Of a stretch of 64,000 nt of DNA, positions 20,533 to 30,950 are shown piece after piece (positions within the stretch are counted from its first letter, which is position 1; every line of letters starts with the position of its first letter). Source of the DNA: Candidatus Multivoradales bacterium. Its GTDB lineage: Bacteria > Acidobacteriota > Thermoanaerobaculia > Multivoradales > JAHEKO01. The translations under genes and the position numbers were made by a program. The notes below the pieces were generated by a model. It did not search any database. It was not told the DNA's origin and saw nothing but the letters and a program-made list of their open reading frames with translations. Location: the NCBI GenBank assembly GCA_965223155.1, contig CBDCVR010000014.1, positions 1,152,001-1,216,000 of the forward strand, read 5' to 3'.

Positions 20533-21711
20533 ATGACCCCAGAGATTCAGCCCGAACGGTTCCCGGAACCGTTGCGACCGATCGCGCGCAAGGTCGCCGG
20601 CGGTGAGCGCCTGTCGGCGGACGACGCCCTCGTCTGCCTGACGACGCCGCACGTTCTCTACCTGGGACGGCTGGCCGGCGCCGTGCGCCGCGCCCAACAC
20701 GGCGACGTCGCCTACTTCAACGTCAACCGCCACATCAATCCCACGAACGTCTGCGTGTATACCTACGACTGCAAGTTCTGCGGCTTCGCGGCGCTGCCGG
20801 GCGAAGGGCACGCCTGGGAGATGAGCCACGAGGACGTCTACGAGCACGCGGCCAAGCAGGGCGGCGACGCGGTCACCGAGTTCCACATCGTGGGCGGTCT
20901 CCATCCCGATCTCTCGCTGGACTGGTATTGCGAGATGCTGCGCGGCCTCAAGCAGCGTTTTCCGTCCGCCCATCTCAAGGCCTTCACCGCCATCGAGATC
21001 GGCTGGTTCGCGCAGCGCGAGGGGCTCTCGATCGCCGAGGTCCTGGAGCGCCTCCGGGACGCCGGTCTGGGCTCGCTTCCGGGAGGGGGCGCCGAGATCT
21101 TCGCCGACGACGTCCGCGCCGAGATCTGCAACGGCAAGCTCGACGCCCAGGAGTGGCTCGACGTCCACCGCATCGCGCACGGCATGGGCATCCGCAGCAA
21201 CTGCACGATGCTCTACGGCCACGTCGAGCGGCCCGAGCACAAGGTGGACCACCTGCTCAGGCTGCGCGACTTGCAGGACGATACGGGCGGCTTCAACTGC
21301 TTCATCCCGCTCGCCTACCATCCCGAGAACAACTACATGGGCCTCCAGTTCCACACCACCGGCACCGAGGACCTTCGCCACCTGGCGACCGCGCGCCTGG
21401 TGCTCGACAACGTGCCCCACATCAAGGCGTACTGGATCATGATCTCGCCCAAGCTCGCCCAGGTGGCGCTGAGCTTCGGCGCCGACGACATCGACGGCAC
21501 GGTTGTCGAGGAGACCATCTACCACATGGCCGGTGCCGAGACCGACCAGCACATTTCCCGTTCCGAGCTCGAGCGCATCATCCGCGAGGCCGGCTACACG
21601 CCGGTCGAGCGCGACACGCTCTACAACCCGGTCGACCCGGCCCAAGCCGCTTCAATCCCGGTCGCGCCGCTCGCTCCGGACTCGCGGTCCATCCCCGCCC
21701 GTTCCGGATAA
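20533..21711 (+). CDS. mqnE: Aminofutalosine synthase (radical SAM, futalosine menaquinone pathway)
   Basis: NPTNVC, HIVGGLHP, LPGGGAEIF, TMLYGHVE, HIKAYW, DGTVVEETIYHMAGA, ERDTLYN. Confidence 0.9.
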   Translation: MTPEIQPERFPEPLRPIARKVAGGERLSADDALVCLTTPHVLYLGRLAGAVRRAQHGDVAYFNVNRHINPTNVCVYTYDCKFCGFAALPGEGHAWEMSHEDVYEHAAKQGGDAVTEFHIVGGLHPDLSLDWYCEMLRGLKQRFPSAHLKAFTAIEIGWFAQREGLSIAEVLERLRDAGLGSLPGGGAEIFADDVRAEICNGKLDAQEWLDVHRIAHGMGIRSNCTMLYGHVERPEHKVDHLLRLRDLQDDTGGFNCFIPLAYHPENNYMGLQFHTTGTEDLRHLATARLVLDNVPHIKAYWIMISPKLAQVALSFGADDIDGTVVEETIYHMAGAETDQHISRSELERIIREAGYTPVERDTLYNPVDPAQAASIPVAPLAPDSRSIPARSG

Positions 21712-21716
21712 CGCCC

Positions 21717-22364
21717 GTGCCCGTCGACTCGATTCCGGTCAACTACATCGCGGTGGACGGCCCGATCGGGGTCGGCAAGACCACCCTGGTGGAGCTCCTG
21801 GCGCGCCGTTTCGACGGCGTCAAGATTCTGGAAGACGTCGCCAACCCGTTCCTCCCGGCCTTCTACGAGGACCAGCCGGGAGCGGCGTTTCAGACCGAGC
21901 TCTACTTCCTGCTGTCGCGCTTCAAGCAGCAGCAGGACATCGCTCAGCGCGAGCTCTTCAACCGTCTCCTGGTCGCCGACTACACCTTCCCGAAGAACCG
22001 GATCTTCGCCTACCTCAACCTTTCGGACGACGAGCTGATGCTCTTCGACAAGCTCTACACCCTGCTTGAGCCCCAGCTCGCGGTTCCCGATCTGGTCATC
22101 TACCTTGTCGCCGACCTCGATACCTGCATGCAACGGATCGACAAGCGCGCCCGGGATTTCGAGGAAGGCATGTCCGAGGAGTACATGACCGAGCTGATCG
22201 ACGCCTACAACCACTACTACCACTACTACAACCGCTCCCCGCTCCTGGTCGTAGACACGCGCAACCTCAACTTCGCCGAGCGCGATGAAGACTTCGAGGA
22301 CCTGCTGCGGCGCATCGCCAAGCCGATGAAGGGCACCCAGTACTACCAGCCCCTGGGGCGCTAG
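21717..22364 (+). CDS. Deoxynucleoside kinase
   Basis: [38 protein letters not shown]; GTG start at 21717. Confidence 0.9.
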   Translation: MPVDSIPVNYIAVDGPIGVGKTTLVELLARRFDGVKILEDVANPFLPAFYEDQPGAAFQTELYFLLSRFKQQQDIAQRELFNRLLVADYTFPKNRIFAYLNLSDDELMLFDKLYTLLEPQLAVPDLVIYLVADLDTCMQRIDKRARDFEEGMSEEYMTELIDAYNHYYHYYNRSPLLVVDTRNLNFAERDEDFEDLLRRIAKPMKGTQYYQPLGR

Positions 22365-22372
22365 GAGCCTCG

Positions 22373-23224
22373 ATGACGGCAAGCAGCGCACCGCCCGCGA
22401 CGGCCGCCCCGGCGGTGACACCGCTCGAGATCGGCGGCAGGACGTTCCGCTCGCGCCTCATCCTGGGCACCGGCAAGTATCGCGACGCCGAGACCATGCT
22501 GGCCGCCCTCGAAGCCTCGGGCACCGAGATGGTCACCGTCGCCCTGCGCCGGGTACCGCTCTCCAAGTCCGGCACCGGCTTCGAATCCGGCTCGCTGATC
22601 GAGCAGATCCCTCAGGACCGCTACCTACTGCTGCCCAACACCGCCGGCTGCTACACCGCCGAGGACGCCATCCGCACCGCCCGGCTGGCGCGCGAGCTCG
22701 GCGGCTGGGAGTTCGTCAAGCTCGAGGTCATCGGCGACGAGAAAACGCTCTTCCCCGACAATGAGCAGACCCTGGCGGCGGCTCGCGTCCTCGTGGACGA
22801 GGGCTTCAAGGTTCTGCCCTACACCAGCGACGATCCCATCATGTGCCGCAAGCTGGCCGAGGCCGGCTGCGCGGCGGTGATGCCGCTTGCGGCTCCCATC
22901 GGTTCCGGCCTCGGCATTCGCAATCCGGCGAATCTGAGAATCATCGTCGAGCAGGCGCGGAGCCAAGGTGTCCCGGTGATCGTGGATGCCGGCGTGGGGA
23001 CGGCGTCCGATGCCGCCGTCGCCATGGAGCTGGGCGTCGACTGCGTGCTCATGAACACCGGCGTCGCGTCGGCCCAGGACCCGGTGGCCATGGCTCGCGC
23101 CATGCGGCTCGCCACCGAAGCCGGTTGGCTTGCCGCTCATGCCGGCAGGATTCCACGCAAGCTCTACGCCTCGGCCTCTTCTCCGCTCGACGGCTTGATC
23201 GATACCAGCCCGGACGACTCCTAG
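22373..23224 (+). CDS. thiG: Thiazole synthase
   Basis: [54 protein letters not shown]. Confidence 0.97.
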   Translation: MTASSAPPATAAPAVTPLEIGGRTFRSRLILGTGKYRDAETMLAALEASGTEMVTVALRRVPLSKSGTGFESGSLIEQIPQDRYLLLPNTAGCYTAEDAIRTARLARELGGWEFVKLEVIGDEKTLFPDNEQTLAAARVLVDEGFKVLPYTSDDPIMCRKLAEAGCAAVMPLAAPIGSGLGIRNPANLRIIVEQARSQGVPVIVDAGVGTASDAAVAMELGVDCVLMNTGVASAQDPVAMARAMRLATEAGWLAAHAGRIPRKLYASASSPLDGLIDTSPDDS

Positions 23225-23229
23225 CCGGA

Positions 23230-24570
23230 ATGACCGAGCCCGCCGCATCGGAGGCCACCGAGCGGCCCGACTCGAGCGAGAGTCCAACGCCCAAGCCGGA
23301 AGCGAGCCCCGAGCGCACGGCCTCGGTCGGCGTGCGCCTGGCACTGACCCTGACCGCGCTCGCGATCCTGGCGCTTACCGCCCTCTCCCCGCATCCGTAC
23401 GACTTCTGCTCGTACTACTCGGCGGGCCTGATCGCCCAGGAAGAGGATCCGGAAGCGGCCTTCGACCGGGACCGCCTCAATAACCGGCACGCTCAGACTC
23501 ACTCCCATCACCAGGTGGGACCGTTTTTCTATTCGCCCCTCCTTCTCGGCCCGGCGGTTTTTCTGTCGAAGCTGGAGTTCGAGACCGCGCAGCTCGTCAA
23601 CCAGGCCGGCATCCTGCTGGCCCTCGGCGTGATTCTCTGGTGCGTGCTCGAGCCGCGGCGGCCGCTGTGGCTCGCCGCTCTCCTGGCCGGCGCCTTCGCG
23701 CTGTGCGATCCCGTCCGGGTGCAATTCATCTACCAGAACTGGACCGCTTGGCTGGTTCTCTTCGCCGTCCTCGGACTGCGCCAGACCCGGCGCGGGCACC
23801 ACCGGTCGGCGGCCGTTTTCTGGGCGCTGTCCTTCCACGTCAAGCTCTGGGTGGCGCTCTTCTTGGTTCCCCTCTGGATCCTGGGCTATCGCCGCCTGGT
23901 CGCCGCCACCCTCGCGATCGCCCTCGTGCTCTTGATTCTGCCTCTGCCCTGGACCGGCATCGAGGCGCCGCTCGCCTACGCGCGCCTGCTCCAGGCCGAA
24001 GCCGGAGCCGGTACCGAGGTCTTCTTCAATCTCATCTCGGTGCCTTCGTCCCTGGCCAGGCTCGCGCGCCATCCAACCGAGTGGCTGAGCTCGCCGCGCC
24101 CGGTCGAGCACCCGGCTCTTACGCTTCTGAGCCTGGCCGCCCTGGGCGGATACCTCGCGCTCCTCTGGCGGCGACGGCGAGACGGCGTCTTCTGTCTGGC
24201 CGTCACGATTCCGTTTCTCTTGCTCTTCGGACCCAAGATGTGGGACCACGGCGAGCTTCTCTTTCTGGGCCTCTTCGCCCTCGCCGCTCTGCCGCGCCGG
24301 GTCGAGATGCTGGCGGCGGTCTACCTGGCGGCAAGCGTCGTCTACTTTCCTTCGGTCCAGAGACTCATGCGCGAGGTCCTCGTCGGCGAGACCTCGCCGC
24401 TCGAAGTCCACGCGCTCTTGCTGTTCTTTCCGCTCCTCAACCTCCTGGCCGCGGCGGTGCTGGTTCGGGACGCCGGAGTTTCCGCCGGAGCTCCGGCCGG
24501 AGCTCCAGACAACGCCGAGGCCGGGAGCAACCGGGACAGCGGGAACGCGGCTACCGCTGGGAACTCCTAG
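23230..24570 (+). CDS. GT87/DUF2029-like membrane glycosyltransferase
   Basis: DFCSYY, FFYSP, many TM helices, WDH motif; ATG 23230. Confidence 0.7.
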   Translation: MTEPAASEATERPDSSESPTPKPEASPERTASVGVRLALTLTALAILALTALSPHPYDFCSYYSAGLIAQEEDPEAAFDRDRLNNRHAQTHSHHQVGPFFYSPLLLGPAVFLSKLEFETAQLVNQAGILLALGVILWCVLEPRRPLWLAALLAGAFALCDPVRVQFIYQNWTAWLVLFAVLGLRQTRRGHHRSAAVFWALSFHVKLWVALFLVPLWILGYRRLVAATLAIALVLLILPLPWTGIEAPLAYARLLQAEAGAGTEVFFNLISVPSSLARLARHPTEWLSSPRPVEHPALTLLSLAALGGYLALLWRRRRDGVFCLAVTIPFLLLFGPKMWDHGELLFLGLFALAALPRRVEMLAAVYLAASVVYFPSVQRLMREVLVGETSPLEVHALLLFFPLLNLLAAAVLVRDAGVSAGAPAGAPDNAEAGSNRDSGNAATAGNS

Positions 24571-26159
24571 TTCAGGTACCCCAGAGCCCGAAGCTGTTCG
24601 AGCAGCTCTTCGTCCTCCGAAGACTCGAGCCCCACTTCGGAGGACCGATCCCGCGCGCTCCCCTCCGAGAAACGAAGCGGGACGTCGGCCTGAAAGTCTT
24701 CGGTGAAGATCCCCGTCAAAGCCTCTCCCTGGACGATCTTCGGCACCTCTAGTCCGAGGCTGTACAGGAGCGTCGGGGCGAAGTCCGACACGTGGGGCCG
24801 CGACCCAAGCCGGCTCCTCTCGATTCCGGGTCCGGCCGCGAGAAAGATACCCGGCGTCGATTCATCGTGTGTCCCGGACCTTCGAAACAGTGAGTGGACG
24901 GCGCCTGCGAGAACCTCCTCGCCGAAATAGAGCTCCCTCGAGGCGCGTCTGGACCGCACCTCGACCACGAAATCGGCTCCTAGCTCGAGCTCATCGGCAC
25001 GGGCGTCACGGATCGCAAAGACAGGCCAGTCCGAGCGGTAGCGAACTCGTTCCAGGAGGCGTTCCGTCTGGTCTCGAACCTGGGCGACCGACCGCCCTGC
25101 GCCGGCACTCAGGTAGGCCGGCGGAACCTGGACGAGCTTGCGCTCGGCCAGCACTCGGCTGGCGTGGGTGACCAGCCGGCTCCTGGCCGGATCCGGCTGG
25201 CCGGCATCACCGCGCTCCTGCAAGCCGACCGCTTCGAGCACCCTGTCGAGATCGATGCGCGCCTGGACCCGCTCCGGGCGCAGGGTGCGAAAGCCGTGGT
25301 CCGAGACCACGAAGACGGCTACATCTTCGGGCAGCGCCGTGACGATTGCGCCCACGGCCCGATCCACCGCCTCGTAGCCCTTCGCCACGACGTCTCGGAA
25401 GCGCTCCACGTCCTCTTGCCTGAGATGGGGGAACTGCTCGGAGCGAAAGTACTTCCAGAAGCGGTGGCTCACGAGATCGACGCTACGTAGATAGGCCAGG
25501 ACGAGATCGAAATCTTGACCCGCGAGATCGACCGCCACCTCAGCGATCAGATGATCCTGGCGCGGCAACTCCTGCCATCCGTCCGCCGCGGGCGCGGGGA
25601 GCGCGAGGAAACCGTAGGCGTCCTTCTCGAACCTTGCGGCGCTGCTCGGCCCGGCCGTCAGCTTCCCTGCCAGCTGCGCGGGAAATGTCCTCCGGTCCAG
25701 ATCCGTCAAGATCCGATCGGAGACCAAGATCCCGTTGACCGGCTCGGCCGGCCAGGTCACCCACCAGCCCAGGACCGCCACCCGACGGCCGGCCCGGGAT
25801 GCAATATCCCAGACGGCATCGACCCGGCGCAGGTTGGAGGTCACCGGCACCTCCCCATCCGGACGGCGCACGGTGAAGAACTCAATTCCGTGTGTTTCCG
25901 AATCGACGCCGGTGGCGAGCGTGGTCCAAATCACCGACGACCACCTGGAATTCGTCTCCATCGGCATGAACACGCCTCGCTCCGCGATGCGCTTGAGATT
26001 CGGGAGACGGCCTAGCGCCCAAAGCTCCTGCACCACGCCGGGATCGACGCCGTCCAGTCCGATGACGACGGCGCGCGGAGGCGGCGCCTTCTCGCACGCC
26101 GCGCACAGAACGACACCGAGTACCCCTAGAAGAAAACCGACTCTCGGAGCTCGAAACAT
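24567..26159 (-). CDS. Alkaline phosphatase superfamily (type I phosphodiesterase/nucleotide pyrophosphatase) lipoprotein
   Basis: Lipobox-like CAAC, VIGLDG, WTTLATG, DLVSH, VSDHGF, DFAPT, C-terminal EQLRALGY. Confidence 0.85.
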   Translation of the reverse strand: MFRAPRVGFLLGVLGVVLCAACEKAPPPRAVVIGLDGVDPGVVQELWALGRLPNLKRIAERGVFMPMETNSRWSSVIWTTLATGVDSETHGIEFFTVRRPDGEVPVTSNLRRVDAVWDIASRAGRRVAVLGWWVTWPAEPVNGILVSDRILTDLDRRTFPAQLAGKLTAGPSSAARFEKDAYGFLALPAPAADGWQELPRQDHLIAEVAVDLAGQDFDLVLAYLRSVDLVSHRFWKYFRSEQFPHLRQEDVERFRDVVAKGYEAVDRAVGAIVTALPEDVAVFVVSDHGFRTLRPERVQARIDLDRVLEAVGLQERGDAGQPDPARSRLVTHASRVLAERKLVQVPPAYLSAGAGRSVAQVRDQTERLLERVRYRSDWPVFAIRDARADELELGADFVVEVRSRRASRELYFGEEVLAGAVHSLFRRSGTHDESTPGIFLAAGPGIERSRLGSRPHVSDFAPTLLYSLGLEVPKIVQGEALTGIFTEDFQADVPLRFSEGSARDRSSEVGLESSEDEELLEQLRALGYLN

Positions 26160-26433
26160 GAAACGAACCTGGTGTCGCGCTACGGCCGCGCCCGGGCGGC
26201 CTTCACGAACCTACCAACCGCCGCGAGCCTAGCAGGCCTTCTGGTCGATCCGAATCGGGCTGACCGGCCGGGCCAGCTGGATCAAGTGGACGCCGCCAGG
26301 CTTGAGCCACGATTCGCCCCTCCGCTTGGCCTCCCCGGCTTGGCCCGTCTGGGCCGGCCCGTTCAGGGCGCCACTTTCCACGAAGACCCGCCGCCGAGCC
26401 CGGGTCGCGACTCTCGTCGATCCCCACCCGAGC

Positions 26434-26463
26434 TTGCCTCGCCGCCAGGCTCTGACCTACAAT
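26434..26463 (+). promoter_or_regulatory. sigma70 promoter for tRNA-Arg
   Basis: TTGCCT-18 nt-TACAAT ending 46 nt before the tRNA. Confidence 0.6.
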
Positions 26464-26509
26464 CTCGGTCCCGCGCCGAGGGTCCCGAACCCGCCGCGCG
26501 CCCCTCGGG

Positions 26510-26586
26510 GCACCGATAGCTCAATTGGATAGAGCACCTGACTACGGATCAGGAGGTTGGGGGTTCGAATCCTCCTCGGTGCACCA
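26510..26586 (+). tRNA. tRNA-Arg(ACG)
   Basis: 77-nt cloverleaf: acceptor GCACCGA/TCGGTGC, D arm AGCTCAATTGGATAGAGC, anticodon stem CCTGA/TCAGG with loop CTACGGA, GTTCGAAT T-loop, encoded CCA. Confidence 0.98.
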
Positions 26587-26778
26587 TGACTTCCCGAGGG
26601 CATCTGCTCTCGAGGACTTGTGCGGTACCGACCGGCACTACGCTCGAGATGATTCCCCGGAGGGTGTGACTCTTCTTGCGTGGGGAGAGGAGGGGGGATG
26701 GATATCCCATTCCCGGATTCTCTGGGAATCCATGCCTTTGGCGCCGAAAACACCGAGTTCCCGGTCGGGAGAAATTCG

Positions 26779-27633
26779 TCACGGCTGCTCCGGGTCAACC
26801 TCGATGTCCGTTGGGGTCTCGCCATCACCTGGCAACCCAGATCGGTCCTCGATCCGATCACGCGGGCCTGGGAGCGGAGGCACGCTGACGAGCTTCGCAA
26901 CAAGAGTCAGCTCCCAAATGCGGCCCTCCGTTGCACCCTCAAGCCGAAAACGAAGCCAATACTTCGGGACCCCACGCGATTTCGTCTCGACGGTCATCTG
27001 TCTTGGGTGGCCTGCTTCTCCACTGGTAAAGAACTCCCCCACCCGCTTCTTGTCAGGTCCGAGAATCTCGGCCTCGTACCTGACGTTGGAAGAACCGACG
27101 CCATACTCGTCAGCACGGTACGTACAAAGAGCCACGAACTGGTAGTGTGCCGGTCCCACAGTCAACTCGATGATCTGCTTTCCTGTCTTCTCGAATACGT
27201 GGTGCTCGGGCCCAGTGACACGCGCCCTACGTCCCTCGAGGTCAGGGTCTGGCACAGCCCATTTGCTGAACCAGGTCTTGATCGCATGGACGTTGCCTGG
27301 AGGCGGCGCCTGGTCAGACTTCCCACACTGTCTTGGCTCACCGGGAACCGACGTTCCGTTCTCGTACCACGGGAACGAGGAGTCTTCTGCCACCCCTACG
27401 AGAAATTCTTCGAAAAGTGTTTCGTCGGGTCCGTACTCCGGCTGTTCGGGCGCCGAGATGTCCACCGAGACTTGGGGGCGCCCGCTGTGAGTGGTTGACA
27501 CCCGCCGGAGCTCCATCACCCAGGCGCTAGAGTACGCAGAAAGGGGGTAGCCGCCGTGATTCGCTCGTTCTTGCGTCGCAGGCTGGATTCCGAAGAAGAG
27601 AAACTCGGCGAGTCGATGGACTACCTGCGGCAC
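26779..27633 (-). CDS. Hypothetical protein (true start probably downstream of 27556)
   Basis: Long ORF with protein-like, beta-rich composition in the lower-GC patch; 5' part overlaps the next gene. Confidence 0.45.
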   Translation of the reverse strand: MPQVVHRLAEFLFFGIQPATQERANHGGYPLSAYSSAWVMELRRVSTTHSGRPQVSVDISAPEQPEYGPDETLFEEFLVGVAEDSSFPWYENGTSVPGEPRQCGKSDQAPPPGNVHAIKTWFSKWAVPDPDLEGRRARVTGPEHHVFEKTGKQIIELTVGPAHYQFVALCTYRADEYGVGSSNVRYEAEILGPDKKRVGEFFTSGEAGHPRQMTVETKSRGVPKYWLRFRLEGATEGRIWELTLVAKLVSVPPLPGPRDRIEDRSGLPGDGETPTDIEVDPEQP

Positions 27634-28068
27634 GTCGTGGACGTGTCACCGGGTGCCTTTGCGCGTTTCGCAGCGATCATGCCGTTCGCGAATAGCAGAA
27701 AGGTCCTTCCGGTCGATGCCTGGTTCGTCGCCCAGGTGGTGGCTGCCAAGCGAGAGGACTGTGGCCCCTGTCTTCAAATCACCGTCAATCTCGCCAGACA
27801 GGCAGGGGTGAGCCCGGATGTCTTGCGGGCGGCACTCGACGGTCGCCTGGACGAGCTGCCGGAGGACCTTTCCGAGGTCGCTCGATTCGCCGCAGCCATC
27901 GCGAAGGCGACGGATGACGAGGGGCTGCGCTCGTCGTTGACGGACCGGTACGGAGAGCGCGGCGTGATCGAGCTTGCCTTCGCCATCGCGAGCGCCCGCA
28001 TCCCCCCGACGGTGAAGCGCGCCCTGGGCTTCGCCCGCAGTTGCCGAGACGTCGCGATCGACGTGTAG
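27556..28068 (+). CDS. AhpD/carboxymuconolactone decarboxylase-like protein
   Basis: REDCGPCLQ CxxC motif, RYGERGVIELAFAI. Confidence 0.75.
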   Translation: MIRSFLRRRLDSEEEKLGESMDYLRHVVDVSPGAFARFAAIMPFANSRKVLPVDAWFVAQVVAAKREDCGPCLQITVNLARQAGVSPDVLRAALDGRLDELPEDLSEVARFAAAIAKATDDEGLRSSLTDRYGERGVIELAFAIASARIPPTVKRALGFARSCRDVAIDV

Positions 28069-28221
28069 AAGTCTCGAGAAGAACCAGGCGGTTCCACCTG
28101 TTTCTGCGGAGTCCGTCGCGGATCGGAGCTACCGGCGTTTGGTGCCCCCAGGCTCTTGGCGGCGCTCGGCGCCGCCGGGTTCGCCGGACTGGACCTCGAG
28201 ATCAGGTCAAGCGCCGTTGCA

Positions 28222-28713
28222 TTACTGCCGGCGAACCGTTACCGACAATTTCGAATACGGGCTCTCGGCAATGGTCACGACCTTGCCGAGCTCGACGTAG
28301 ACACTTCCGGTGTAGCTGCCCAGCCGGGTATGCGCATTCTCGTCGTCTGGGACGTGGTGCTGGAGCTCGACCACGAAGTCCAGCAGCTCGCGGCCGTCGT
28401 CCTGTTGCCACAAGCGTCCGCGGAAGTTCAGTCGAACGTCGGGCGGTTCCATCGCGAAGTGCCGCGCCGCCGTCAGCATCGAGAACTCCCGGGTCGAGCC
28501 GTTAAGCTCGAGGGCAAGTGTTATCCGATAGGAGTCCGGTAGTGCCAAGTGTTTCGATGGAGAGGGAACGGATTCGACCGACGGCATCGTGGGCCCGGCG
28601 ATCAAACCGAGAAGGACACCGACGGCGACCAGCAAGGCGACCTTGGGACGCCGTCGCGAGGAAGCGCGGACCGTTTGCATGGGAATCGTTCGGAGCGAGA
28701 TCTTTGCGGTCAT
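28222..28713 (-). CDS. Hypothetical exported protein
   Basis: GGGAGG RBS before ATG 28713; basic region, then hydrophobic signal, then beta-rich domain. Confidence 0.55.
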   Translation of the reverse strand: MTAKISLRTIPMQTVRASSRRRPKVALLVAVGVLLGLIAGPTMPSVESVPSPSKHLALPDSYRITLALELNGSTREFSMLTAARHFAMEPPDVRLNFRGRLWQQDDGRELLDFVVELQHHVPDDENAHTRLGSYTGSVYVELGKVVTIAESPYSKLSVTVRRQ

Positions 28714-29211
28714 GGGAGCCTCCCTTGAATTGTCTGTCGCGCACTCTCTACGAGGTACGAGCGGGCGGCTCGAAGCGTCTAGCGGAGCCTGCCTCGGCCG
28801 ATACGGGGAGTCCTTCGCCAAGAGCCAAACGGCCGAGCAAGGAGAGCTCCGACCCAGCTTGCTGGGGTTGGTCCGGGAGTCCTCTGCACCCTCCTCGGCG
28901 AAGCAGTGCCCATGTCCGAGGACGGCAGATGCGCTGCCAGGAATGTGAGCGGGCACTGCTGCTCGAGTGGCAAGACGAGGTTATCCGACCACCGAGTTAC
29001 GTCTTGGCCCAATGCGAGACTCGATCCTTTGCCCTCGGGGCCCAGCGCGTACGCAGCGCGAATTCTCCTCGGCTGGAAGCCTTCCACCTCGAGATCTGGC
29101 GTAGAGCGAAGCAACTGGTTGAGAGCAGGCAGAGGTAGACTGATTCGTCGGTCGAAACCTAGGCGATCGCTCAGAGACGGAATTGGACGCTACAGATCGA
29201 GACGTTCCCAG

Positions 29212-29688
29212 ATGATCATCCGATTCAACGAACAACTTCCACGGTCGGTCTCGGAGGTCCATTCCTACTTCGAAACCCCGGCTGATTGGACGCGACTTTA
29301 TGGGCTGGCTGGAGAAGTACGGGACTATGGAGATGGCTGGTTCTGCATCCCGCTGCAGGGCTTCCCGTTCGGCCTGCAAGCAAGAAACGTCGTCAACGAG
29401 CCTGACCGAGTCCGGTGGATCCTCCGAGGCTTCTGGCGAGGCGAAGGCGAGATTCGTCTTACCGCAACTGCGGAGGGAATCCGAGTCGAGGGTTACGAGA
29501 AGATCAGCATGCGATGGGCGCGCGGCCTCTCGCGGCTACTCGAGAAGGCGTTCCTCGAGCGGCAGTTCCGAAGGATCTGGCAGATGGGCTGGGACCGGCT
29601 GCGCCGAGACCCCTCGTCCCGCACTCCCGCAAGGAAGGCTCCACCGACCTCGCAAGCGGTTTCGCGGACACGGATTTCCAGGAGCTAG
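29212..29688 (+). CDS. SRPBCC/START-like protein
   Basis: RSVSEVHSYFETPADWTR, VNEPDRVRW, GEGEIRL pattern; ATG 29212. Confidence 0.55.
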   Translation: MIIRFNEQLPRSVSEVHSYFETPADWTRLYGLAGEVRDYGDGWFCIPLQGFPFGLQARNVVNEPDRVRWILRGFWRGEGEIRLTATAEGIRVEGYEKISMRWARGLSRLLEKAFLERQFRRIWQMGWDRLRRDPSSRTPARKAPPTSQAVSRTRISRS

Positions 29689-29891
29689 CAGCTCGAAGCC
29701 GGCGGCCGCGCCTGGGCGGAAAAGAGGCAGGAGCTCGATTCTCAGACGACCGGCATCAGGAATCAGGGTCTCTCGGATAGACTGGCGCTGTCGCGGACCT
29801 GCATCGTCTGTCTCTTGCTTCCAGCGGGTTCTCCCGCTCCGGAGAAGATCCCGAGATTCGCCGCACGACTCCCGGAGAAGCGGCCACCGCG

Positions 29892-30863
29892 ATGAGCGCA
29901 CCCGAGATCGAGTTTTCAGTCATCATCCCCTCGCTCGACGGCGCGAACACGCTGCCGGCGGTGTTGGACGGCCTCGCCGCGCAGGAAGACGCTCCGCCGT
30001 TTGAGGTCGTCCTGGTCGATGACGGCTCGACAGACGAAACCCGTGAGGTCTTCGAGTCCGGTCCCTGGCGGTTTCCCCGGCAGGTCCTGAGCCAGAAGAA
30101 CCTTGGACCGGCCGCCGCTCGGAACGCGGGCATCCGGGCTGCCGAGGGAACGATGGTGGCGTTTCTCGGTGACGACACGATTCCGGCGCCCGATTGGCTG
30201 AAGCGGCACGCCGACCGTCACCGGGACCGAACGGACGGACGAGCCTTGGCGGTTGTTGGGCTCATCAAGCTCCATCCGCGAATTCGCAACACGCGGTTTC
30301 TCCGGTGGATCTATAACGCCGGTCCGCAGTTCGGATACGCCCTCATCGATCGGCCGGATGACGTGGACTTCTGGTTCTTCTACGGCTCGAACCTGAGCCT
30401 GGCTCGCGACGAGCTCTTGGCTGAGCCCTTCGACGCGGCCTTTCCGTACGCCGCCTGGGAGGACATCGAGCTCGGGTACCGCCTCACCCGAAGCGGCCTG
30501 AAGATCGTCTACGACCGGGACGCGATCGTTCTGCACGACCACCCCACCGACCTACGCCAGTTCTCACACCGGCAGGAGCGGGTCGGGTACAGCGCCGTTC
30601 TGTTCCAGCGTCGCCATCCGATCTTGGGAGAGAGCTTGCGAGTCGAGCCCCGGCAGCCGGTTCCGGACCTTCCCGCATACCGTCGTTGGCTGCGCTTCGT
30701 GGCCGGGTACCTTGCGGCGGGCCTGTCCCTTCCCAGGACCGACCTCTGGGAGGAGATTCTGGAGCGCCACTACCAACGGGGAGTCGTGCGAGGCCTGGGC
30801 GACGTCTCGGCCGAACCCAGGCCTGATCCAGCCAGACAACCGGCCCCGCACTCGGACGCCTGA
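29892..30863 (+). CDS. Glycosyltransferase family 2
   Basis: FSVIIP, VDDGSTD, GPAAARNAG, FLGDD, WEDIELGYR. Confidence 0.9.
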   Translation: MSAPEIEFSVIIPSLDGANTLPAVLDGLAAQEDAPPFEVVLVDDGSTDETREVFESGPWRFPRQVLSQKNLGPAAARNAGIRAAEGTMVAFLGDDTIPAPDWLKRHADRHRDRTDGRALAVVGLIKLHPRIRNTRFLRWIYNAGPQFGYALIDRPDDVDFWFFYGSNLSLARDELLAEPFDAAFPYAAWEDIELGYRLTRSGLKIVYDRDAIVLHDHPTDLRQFSHRQERVGYSAVLFQRRHPILGESLRVEPRQPVPDLPAYRRWLRFVAGYLAAGLSLPRTDLWEEILERHYQRGVVRGLGDVSAEPRPDPARQPAPHSDA

Positions 30864-30950
30864 GGCAACGGCACCGAGACTCGCCGCGTGGCGCAGTACG
30901 GACTCGGACTTTCGGCGCCAGGGTCAGGCTAGACTCCGGCCGAGGTCTTG

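Noticed and set aside
20533-21711. Radical SAM gene as ThiH because thiG is nearby
   Set aside because: Motifs (HIKAYW, DGTVVEE.IYHMAGA, ERDTLYN) are MqnE/CofH-type, and the adjacent ubiX fits the futalosine pathway.
26525-27498. Plus-strand ORFs overlapping the tRNA and the downstream region
   Set aside because: One reads through the tRNA, and both are antisense to a more protein-like minus-strand ORF.
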